Shown here piece by piece: positions 27,033-33,178 of a DNA stretch of 35,313 nt. How positions within the stretch are numbered: the first letter of the stretch is position 1; each line of letters opens with the position of its first letter. The notes beneath the pieces are model-generated. The model did no database searches and was not told where the DNA came from. It was given only the letters and a program-made list of their open reading frames with translations. The stretch is taken from IMG/VR virus record IMGVR_UViG_3300025084_000004; one strand, 5' to 3'. This DNA comes from a virus. A program made the position numbers and the translations under genes.

Positions 27033-27084
27033 GAATAGGCAAGGATATTTCAAAGCTCGTTTTTGTCTACAAACATGCGGGTTA

Positions 27085-27144
27085 GAGGGTAGGGTTCCTT
27101 GCGGGGTGTTTTCTCCATTCCATCCTTTTGAATGCCCTACCCTC
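27085..27144 (+). promoter_or_regulatory. Long-range 10-bp helix in the 5' leader, ending 4 nt before the SD
   Basis: GAGGGTAGGG (27085-94) and CCCTACCCTC (27135-44) are perfect complements enclosing 40 nt. The SD AAGGAGGG follows at 27148-55 and the ATG at 27159. Confidence 0.45.
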
Positions 27145-27158
27145 ACTAAGGAGGGTTT

Positions 27159-28052
27159 ATGGAATACGAAGTACCAGAATATTCAAAACAGTTTCACCGT
27201 TTTCATGTGTCTGCATCGGGCGGCACACAGAATATCGACGAAGGAATCTTAAAGCTTTACTTGCGTAAAGAATACAAGATGGGTTTTCCTATGTCCTCTC
27301 GCCCTCGCGCCGGGCAGATAGTCCAACAGATTGTGGACATGCATCTCGGCTTGCATGAGTACAGCCCAATTAGAGGTAAGCAAGAAGAGATTAGCCTGCC
27401 GGAAGCTATCCGTCACGGCATGACAGAATACATGATGTATCAGCCGCTCGACTGGGATAACGGAGCTGATGCTGAAGCGTTTGCTGAGTTCAAAGAACAT
27501 ATAGCAGAGATGGCACAGCATGCTGCGAAAGGTGTTAAAGAATTTTTTGGTGATGAAGAAATAGAAGGTGAGTACCAGCGCTGGCATAAAGATGAGCGCA
27601 TTGATGTACCCTGCATGATGTTTCTCGACTATGCCGGACCAACACGACAGATAGACTTAAAATGTTCTCTCCCTTTAAAGAATCCGTTGAAGAAAGACGG
27701 GACGCGTACTTGGAGAGTACCCAAGCCAAAAGAAACGCCAACACCACAGCAGGTTATGCAACAGGCTGTTTACTGGAAAGCTACTGGCCTTGAACCAGCT
27801 TTATTATTTGTTACTTCTGCCGGATATAATATATGCACCCCGGACAACTGCCCTGCTTTGAAAGAGCCCTCTTTGGAAAGGGCTTATGAAGATGTAGTAC
27901 GCAGGTGGTTAGCGGTGCAGAAACTTATGAAGGCTGCTAACGGAAATTGGCGCGATTTGTTTTCGTTAGTTCCCCCGGACTTTGGCATGATAGCTACAAG
28001 ACATGGGCCGGAAGTGTTTAAAATCGCACAAGAAGCATGGAGGGTGCAATGA
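27159..28052 (+). CDS. PD-(D/E)xK recombination exonuclease (RecB/lambda-Exo/Cas4-like fold, 297 aa)
   Basis: FLDYAGPTRQIDLKCS gives D...D-x-K, followed by QQAVYWKATG (a QxxxY motif). It is followed by an annealing protein and an SSB-like gene. Confidence 0.6.
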   Translation: MEYEVPEYSKQFHRFHVSASGGTQNIDEGILKLYLRKEYKMGFPMSSRPRAGQIVQQIVDMHLGLHEYSPIRGKQEEISLPEAIRHGMTEYMMYQPLDWDNGADAEAFAEFKEHIAEMAQHAAKGVKEFFGDEEIEGEYQRWHKDERIDVPCMMFLDYAGPTRQIDLKCSLPLKNPLKKDGTRTWRVPKPKETPTPQQVMQQAVYWKATGLEPALLFVTSAGYNICTPDNCPALKEPSLERAYEDVVRRWLAVQKLMKAANGNWRDLFSLVPPDFGMIATRHGPEVFKIAQEAWRVQ

Positions 28053-28219
28053 CGGAGACGGAACAAGAACACGCTCAACTGATAGACTTTCAGCAAGAGC
28101 GAATGAATAGGATTGAGGCCCAGCTAGAAGAAACACGAAGCATGGTCGCAACCCTTTTTGGTATGCTGGATGCGTACTTTAAGTCCCAGAATATAGAATT
28201 TGAGGAAAATGATGAGTAA
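28049..28219 (+). CDS. Small coiled-coil acidic protein (56 aa)
   Basis: ATG at 28049 forms an ATGA overlap with the exonuclease stop and has GGAGGG upstream. Confidence 0.45.
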   Translation: MTETEQEHAQLIDFQQERMNRIEAQLEETRSMVATLFGMLDAYFKSQNIEFEENDE

Positions 28220-28901
28220 AATTATTGATGCAATGGGCCTAGTGTCTGCCCTGAATAAATCACACGGCGTAAAGCAACGCGGTGGTAAAATGTACACGCA
28301 GGTTGTTCACCGTATGGAAGCTTTTAGAACAGTGTTCGGCTTAGATTATGGCGTGGATACCACAATCATTGTTGACGATGGTAAGAAGGTCGTGATAAAG
28401 GCTGTAATTACTAATGAGAATGGTATTGTTGTTGGCTCTGGCATGGCGGAAGAAATCCGTGGCGATGGTCATGTAAATACAACGTCTGCATTAGAGAATT
28501 GTGAGAGCTCCGCCGTAGGTAGAGCGCTTGCTTCGGTAGGATTAGCTGGCGGCGAGTACGCATCAGCAAACGAAATGGACGCTGTGCCTAGAAAGGCAGA
28601 GAACCTAAAGCATCAGACGGGTGGAAGCGATGTGTCTAGCCCTCCCTTGAGCCCCGCGCCCCCGTCTGACCCAGCCCCCACACCAGTATCCGAGCCTAGC
28701 GACCCGGACAAGGAAGCTGATACAAATCTATACATGCAGCTCGAAGCAAAGATTGCAAAGAAAACTGCACGGGCCGCTGTTGACCAAGTTTATATCGAGC
28801 ATATGGATAAGCTCAAAGCTTTACAGGCTAGAAACCCTGAAAGGCATGAGAAGTTTATTGCTTTATTTAAAAACCGCCTAAACGAAATAGAAGGAGTTTA
28901 A
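28209..28901 (+). CDS. Rad52-superfamily single-strand annealing protein (Sak/DUF1071-like, about 230 aa)
   Basis: GGKMYTQVVHRMEAFRTVFG...NTTSALENCESSAVGRALASVGLAGGEY resembles the conserved core of Rad52-like SSAPs. The C-terminal half is Pro/Ser-rich and acidic. The start is ATG 28209 or 28212. Confidence 0.55.
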   Translation: MMSKIIDAMGLVSALNKSHGVKQRGGKMYTQVVHRMEAFRTVFGLDYGVDTTIIVDDGKKVVIKAVITNENGIVVGSGMAEEIRGDGHVNTTSALENCESSAVGRALASVGLAGGEYASANEMDAVPRKAENLKHQTGGSDVSSPPLSPAPPSDPAPTPVSEPSDPDKEADTNLYMQLEAKIAKKTARAAVDQVYIEHMDKLKALQARNPERHEKFIALFKNRLNEIEGV

Positions 28902-28902
28902 C

Positions 28903-29220
28903 ATGGCGATAAGACTTGAAAAGGTGACATCAATTAAGGTGTTCCCAAATACTGATGGCGCGGCTAAGTGGGGAAACAGCAAGTTCACCCCATATAAAGA
29001 TGGTTCGCCAGCGGATATTCATCTCAGCGCTAACAAGAAGTACCGGGTTAGTGTATTTGAAAATGACGACGGTTCTTTGGGCATCTCTATCACTGAGCCT
29101 ATGGAACAGCAGGCTGGTGACAACCTGCATGACAACGTACAGCAGGGCGGCATGAAGAAACTTGCGGTTGATTCTGCAATTCGTCGTGATGTACCTATAG
29201 ATGACGATATTCCTTTTTAG
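28903..29220 (+). CDS. Short SSB-like protein ending in the SSB C-terminal tip DDDIPF (105 aa)
   Basis: AAGGAG RBS. The C-terminus ...RRDVPIDDDIPF matches the conserved bacterial SSB tail (E. coli ...DFDDDIPF). The N-terminal domain is beta-rich and only about 65 aa. Confidence 0.6.
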   Translation: MAIRLEKVTSIKVFPNTDGAAKWGNSKFTPYKDGSPADIHLSANKKYRVSVFENDDGSLGISITEPMEQQAGDNLHDNVQQGGMKKLAVDSAIRRDVPIDDDIPF

Positions 29221-29228
29221 GTTTTGTT

Positions 29229-29510
29229 ATGGTTGAAAGCAAACAAGAGCTCGAAGAGCGTTTGCAATTTATAGAAGTGCAGTTTGAAAGGGCTATAGAT
29301 GCCGCCCTTAACTGCATGACCACCTCTGAGAAGGCCGATGCAATGGTCGGCTTTCTCAGTAAAGGCACGTTGAATGACACTGATAAGGCGCTTGCAATGC
29401 GCGATAAACTTACATGGCTCATTTATGAATTTAACGAAACAAAGAAAAGATTGATAAATGCCAGCGTGGTACAACAAAGGAAAGAACAAGAAAAAAGGCC
29501 CGGCCTCTAG
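29229..29510 (+). CDS. Hypothetical helical protein (93 aa)
   Basis: ATG at 29229. It ends 14 nt before the next ORF, which is in the -1 frame. Confidence 0.5.
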   Translation: MVESKQELEERLQFIEVQFERAIDAALNCMTTSEKADAMVGFLSKGTLNDTDKALAMRDKLTWLIYEFNETKKRLINASVVQQRKEQEKRPGL

Positions 29511-29524
29511 TCATACTGTGCAGT

Positions 29525-29881
29525 GTGTGCATTGCAAGAGACATATACCCGCGCTGCAAAACACATGGGTTTGTAATGGTCGAGGCGAAGTTCTTTGCTC
29601 AAACAACAATGGAAGGGATTGTTTTAATGAGGTGCGAAAACTGCGGGAAAATAATGATAGTCAAGGGCGTCAGGATGCGGGAGAGCAAAGGCGTTCTGGG
29701 GAAGTGGAATTTCCTTACTGAGTTAGAGCCCGGCGACAGCTTGGTTGCCACAAATAAATATGAAAAAGACTCCATACGGAGTGCATTACGTTATAGAAAG
29801 ATGAAATACAAAATTCGCAGAGAGCCCGACAAGTCAGGTTGGCGCATCTTTGTTAGTCAGAATACCGCTGGACAGCTCTAG
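29525..29881 (+). CDS. Zinc-ribbon-like protein; 5' end uncertain
   Basis: The frame is protein-like (MRCENCGK...LEPGDSLVAT...DKSGWRIFV). The frame is open from 29435, with no ATG before 29576. A CSVC motif lies just upstream of the tracked GTG start. Confidence 0.5.
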   Translation: MCIARDIYPRCKTHGFVMVEAKFFAQTTMEGIVLMRCENCGKIMIVKGVRMRESKGVLGKWNFLTELEPGDSLVATNKYEKDSIRSALRYRKMKYKIRREPDKSGWRIFVSQNTAGQL

Positions 29882-29961
29882 CGGTAGAGGCAGGGCATTA
29901 TAAATCTTTATTTTTCTTTATGAAAAACCGTTAGTTACACTGGTTTAGTGTCCTGCCTCAC

Positions 29962-30210
29962 CTAACATTTCCATCTTTTTCTAGCTGCCTTGCCTCTTGG
30001 CCCGGTCCAGCTCTTAGACCTAGCACAAAAACTCTTACGACGCTTAGCGGCTTTACTGCCCGGCTTTACTTTGCCTGTAACAGGTGCCTTTAACTTACTT
30101 CCAGTAGCCCTGTTGTACTTAGCCCGGCCCTTCGCAGTCAGCCCAGCACCTTGCTTAACAGAACGCTTCTCGCCACGACCAACAGATAATTTAACATTCT
30201 TCTTCGGCAT
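29962..30210 (-). CDS. Lysine/arginine-rich small protein (82 aa)
   Basis: ATG at 30210 forms an ATGA overlap with the nuclease stop. The sequence is MPKKNVKLSVGRGEKRSV...GLTAKGRAKYNRATGSKLKAPV...RRKSFCARSKSW...RKRWKC. Confidence 0.55.
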   Translation of the reverse strand: MPKKNVKLSVGRGEKRSVKQGAGLTAKGRAKYNRATGSKLKAPVTGKVKPGSKAAKRRKSFCARSKSWTGPRGKAARKRWKC

Positions 30211-30668
30211 CACAAACAGCCCTTTATGTTCAGTACATCTAAAGCCTTGGCCCAACTTGTAGTCTCTAACTCTGGGTCAACAAAGAAGTCCAAGTTTCTC
30301 GTTATTTTCTTTTCCTTTACAGACGTTACTGGCACATACCACACAGTACGCTGCTCGGCAGAAACACATGCAAGTATATCAAAATCAGCTAGTGTTGGCA
30401 GGCGTTTTTTTCCACCTAGCCCCGTCTGGAAATGCACCCTGCGTCTGCCACCACCTTGACGAGAAGCTTGGCAGGACTTCACCTGTATCTTTAATGTTTC
30501 CCCAGTACTCGGGTGCCACGCTATCAAATCTACAGCATCTTGCTGCGCCATAGAAACGCGCCAGCCCCTTGCGAGGACCGACGCGGCGGTTATGTATTCC
30601 CCAGCCAAACCTGAAGCTGTCTGTGTTATATTCGTGTCAGCAAAAAAGTATTTACTTTGACTCGTCAT
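30210..30668 (-). CDS. PD-(D/E)xK endonuclease-like protein (152 aa)
   Basis: GEYITAASVLARGWRV...DAVDLIAW...LKIQVKS gives D...(Q/E)-x-K with the N-terminal helix typical of Hjc/PDDEXK_5-like nucleases. Confidence 0.5.
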   Translation of the reverse strand: MTSQSKYFFADTNITQTASGLAGEYITAASVLARGWRVSMAQQDAVDLIAWHPSTGETLKIQVKSCQASRQGGGRRRVHFQTGLGGKKRLPTLADFDILACVSAEQRTVWYVPVTSVKEKKITRNLDFFVDPELETTSWAKALDVLNIKGCL

Positions 30669-31104
30669 GCTTGCGTAACCGGCTAACTAAACGCTTAGCT
30701 CTGTTCGGTACTTGGTCGTACCACTTGGAATCTACCATCTCATCAGCGGCCTTGTTCCAGTCCCTAGCATCTACCCCAGCTTTCATTCCTTTAAACTTTG
30801 ATAGTCTAGGGTAGCCAAGGTTAAAACACATATTAGCAATGACTAGCTGCACTTCTTCTGGAAGCTCACTAAAGTCGTCGTACAAGCGATGGCAGTCCTC
30901 TATCGTTACAGCAACATCCCTGCGAAACAGGGCATGCACCCGCTCCTCAGATACGTTTGTGCCGATGGGAAGTCCGTGCTCCGGGTCATCCTCTTGTATG
31001 AGGTGCCCAATCCCGACGGTAGGCAAGCCAAGATGGTCTAGGTAAATGTCGAAACGACACCCCTCATCTTCAGCTAGTTCAACGCGGAGCTGGTCTAGGT
31101 TCAT
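30652..31104 (-). CDS. Endolysin, T4-type lysozyme (GH24 muramidase, 150 aa)
   Basis: EDEGCRFDIYLDHLGLPTVGIGH reproduces the Glu-8aa-Asp-5aa-Thr catalytic triad spacing of T4 lysozyme ([21 protein letters not shown]). Confidence 0.85.
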   Translation of the reverse strand: MNLDQLRVELAEDEGCRFDIYLDHLGLPTVGIGHLIQEDDPEHGLPIGTNVSEERVHALFRRDVAVTIEDCHRLYDDFSELPEEVQLVIANMCFNLGYPRLSKFKGMKAGVDARDWNKAADEMVDSKWYDQVPNRAKRLVSRLRKHDESK

Positions 31105-31256
31105 TTCTTTTTCTTTTTAGCTGTTAAAGCAGACTTCTTAAAAGCTTTTGCGGTGGGAGCACCCTTACTTCCCGGCTTACGCATTTTTTCTTTACTGCCA
31201 GCAGCGATACGTTTGCGTTTTGCATGTATGTTTGCATATAAACCTGTCTTTGGCAT
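31101..31256 (-). CDS. Lysine-rich mini-protein (51 aa)
   Basis: The ATG at 31256 shares one nt with the upstream stop (TAATG). The sequence is MPKTGLYANIHAKRKRIAAGSKEKMRKPGSKGAPTAKAFKKSALTAKKKKK. Confidence 0.5.
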   Translation of the reverse strand: MPKTGLYANIHAKRKRIAAGSKEKMRKPGSKGAPTAKAFKKSALTAKKKKK

Positions 31257-31600
31257 TACTTTCTCCTTAGTTTGTCTAAGCCTTTTATACCAAGGCCCGC
31301 TAGAATCGTAACATATAAAATGTTTTGATACCAATCAGGCAGCTCGTTTAGGCGCTCGAAGCCCGCCTTAACAACATCTTCCATTCCAGGGATGAACGTA
31401 AGAACACAAGGTGCAAGCACAACAACTGTGATTATTTCGTCTTTCCAAGATGATTTTGTAGACTCAGCCATGATTAGCTCCCACTTGCTATCATGCTGTG
31501 CCGCTGTTTTCATAATCTCTGACTTGGCTTTTTGTTTGTCTACCTTACCCTCAAGAAATGTTTGAGCAAGATTACCGACAACACCTAACAACTGAATCAT
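31256..31600 (-). CDS. Membrane protein, holin candidate (114 aa)
   Basis: The architecture loosely resembles GTA-type 3TM holins: an N-terminal amphipathic region, then a Lys-rich helix, then hydrophobic segments (IITVVVLAPCVLTFIP, ILYVTILAGLGI). Confidence 0.35.
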   Translation of the reverse strand: MIQLLGVVGNLAQTFLEGKVDKQKAKSEIMKTAAQHDSKWELIMAESTKSSWKDEIITVVVLAPCVLTFIPGMEDVVKAGFERLNELPDWYQNILYVTILAGLGIKGLDKLRRK

Positions 31601-31890
31601 TCGCCTAACTCCATCAATAACTTTAACTTGGCTAGTTCAATCTCAAGCTGATGAACCCTAGCAACTGTATTCTGCACAGACTTAGGCGGCTCAAAATCGT
31701 CTATCCAGTTATCATTCTCTTCAACTTCTTCCATCGTAAGCTCAAGGTTATGTTCTAAGAAACTGATGCGTTCTGTCAGGCCAAAGTAAACCCAAACGGA
31801 TACGGCAGTAAAAGCAATCATGCTAATAAGATTCCGCAAAGGAATAGTTATCTCGCTTGCCTCATTTAGCTTAGTAGCGGCTTGCTTCAT
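31597..31890 (-). CDS. Type-II membrane protein with a coiled coil (i-spanin-like, 97 aa)
   Basis: One N-terminal TM (LISMIAFTAVSVWVYFGL) is followed by an acidic or coiled-coil periplasmic part. Confidence 0.35.
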   Translation of the reverse strand: MKQAATKLNEASEITIPLRNLISMIAFTAVSVWVYFGLTERISFLEHNLELTMEEVEENDNWIDDFEPPKSVQNTVARVHQLEIELAKLKLLMELGE

Positions 31891-32081
31891 TTCTCGCTAC
31901 CTAACCAGACTGCAAATGCCCCGGTCATAGCGCCGGACACCACGCTAATCATAGCGCTCTGTTGTGTAGATAGGTCATCAAGACTGATGCCCCATTCAAT
32001 AACCCTGATATACATCAGCGTCATCACCAGCATCATAAGGCGTGGGATAATCTTCCATTCAACTAACTGTTCGGCACTCAT
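31887..32081 (-). CDS. Two-TM small membrane protein (holin/antiholin candidate, 64 aa)
   Basis: Hydrophobic segments are IIPRLMMLVMTLMYIRVI and MISVVSGAMTGAFAVWLG. ATGA coupling. Confidence 0.4.
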   Translation of the reverse strand: MSAEQLVEWKIIPRLMMLVMTLMYIRVIEWGISLDDLSTQQSAMISVVSGAMTGAFAVWLGSEK

Positions 32082-32596
32082 TACTCACTCGCAATCATTA
32101 TTGAGAAGGTAACACATGCAACCACAAAGATAATTGCCATAAGGGATATACCTACGCTCTTAGCTATCTCCATCATCTCATGGTTCTTGCGGTTACGCTC
32201 TATCTGTTCCTGCTTTGCAATCTCTTTGGCTTCTTGTATCCGTCTGGCACGTTCATTAACAATGCCTTGCCAAGTACCGTGACCAAATCTTTGGTCTACC
32301 ATTACAGACACTTCATACAGCTTCTCAGCCGCAAGCTTTGCATCTATCGTTTCTTTAGCTACAGTGTTGACGTTGAACTGACTAGCACCAGACTTCTTGT
32401 TCCTAGCTTTCTGAGCTTGTTGCTCACCAAGAAACAGATTGTCTATGTGTCCAGCTATCTCGCTTATGTCATTAGCTGTACCGATAGCAGACTTGATGCC
32501 ATCAACAGCAGACTTAACAAGTGCGATACCCGCAAGTGTTTCAGCTATCACTCTTCGGCCCCCAGAATATTTGATAGACCCGGTATGCACCAACAA
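32081..32596 (-). CDS. Tail-anchored membrane protein (up to 171 aa; start uncertain)
   Basis: The C-terminal TM is VGISLMAIIFVVACVTFSIMIA. An alternative GTG start at 32551 would reduce the overlap with the upstream gene. Confidence 0.45.
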   Translation of the reverse strand: MLVHTGSIKYSGGRRVIAETLAGIALVKSAVDGIKSAIGTANDISEIAGHIDNLFLGEQQAQKARNKKSGASQFNVNTVAKETIDAKLAAEKLYEVSVMVDQRFGHGTWQGIVNERARRIQEAKEIAKQEQIERNRKNHEMMEIAKSVGISLMAIIFVVACVTFSIMIASE

Positions 32597-32708
32597 TCAT
32601 AGCCGCCGCTGCCGCGAAGAACCCGAACCAGTCTGTAAGCGCATTGACCCACAGTGGAGCAGTGATGCCGCCGCCGATAATTGCTATGTCTGTGTGTACG
32701 TCTTTCAT
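32541..32708 (-). CDS. Two-TM mini membrane protein (55 aa)
   Basis: I chose the internal ATG at 32708 because it forms an ATGA overlap with the stop of 32708..33169. The sequence is MKDVHTDIAIIGGGITAPLWVNALTDWFGFFAAAAAMIVGAY... Confidence 0.45.
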   Translation of the reverse strand: MKDVHTDIAIIGGGITAPLWVNALTDWFGFFAAAAAMIVGAYRVYQIFWGPKSDS

Positions 32709-33169
32709 CAGCCTGCTATTTCTTGGATTAAAATAGTTGATGGCTGATTGCCGTATTGAGCTGTTGCAGTGCTTCCAGACTTCCAAGCCTTAACTGTATA
32801 GGTAATTGCGTTTGTACTGCTTGGCGTAATATATCTAAGAAAAGGATAACGCCACCTGTTATCGTGTTCGTTACCATCGCCGTTAATATAGACACCAGCG
32901 CTTACATCAGCCGCAACTTTTGAAATGTCATCGTAGATTTCAATAGAAAGCCAAGGATTAGTATGAGTGCTTAACTTAAAATTACCCATATAGTTTATGA
33001 GCAATTTGTTGTTGGTAGAAGTAGGGGTAATTGTAACTGATAAACCTGTTGTCGTTCCAGCATTTGCAGCTGTTCCCGTTATAACTGTGGGCGTGCTTGA
33101 TATAGCAAATACTGTTTGCAACACAGTACCAGAAGGAAGACCAGCAGAGTTTAGTTTTGTTAAAGGCAT
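32708..33169 (-). CDS. Small receptor-binding/fibre-like protein, EIAG-terminal paralogue 1 (153 aa)
   Basis: AGGAGA RBS. It shares LxVxITP(S/T)ST(S/N)(S/N) and the C-terminal ...LIQEIAG with 34339..34872 (...LMEIAG). Confidence 0.55.
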   Translation of the reverse strand: MPLTKLNSAGLPSGTVLQTVFAISSTPTVITGTAANAGTTTGLSVTITPTSTNNKLLINYMGNFKLSTHTNPWLSIEIYDDISKVAADVSAGVYINGDGNEHDNRWRYPFLRYITPSSTNAITYTVKAWKSGSTATAQYGNQPSTILIQEIAG

Positions 33170-33178
33170 GTCTGTCTC

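Noticed and set aside
26953-27042. A 30-codon N-terminal extension of the methyltransferase ORF (ORF-track start at 27042, TTG).
   Set aside because: The extension (MPILITNHLPICQHLILCFCKK...) has no methyltransferase similarity and would run through the divergent promoter region. ATG 26952 starts right at motif I.
29458-29721. The 87-aa ORF in the third frame (MPAWYNKGKNKKKG...), which also contains CxxC-like spacing.
   Set aside because: Its C-terminal half (GRQDAGEQRRSGEVEFPY) looks like out-of-frame translation of the better-looking 29525-29881 frame. Kept only as an alternative in the frameshift finding.
29882-29961. An 8-bp inverted repeat GAGGCAGG (29887-94) / CCTGCCTC (29952-59) as a bidirectional terminator.
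   Set aside because: The loop is 57 nt and no stem is adjacent to a T-run (the AT-rich run is inside the loop). It may still contribute to termination, but it cannot be supported as a canonical terminator.
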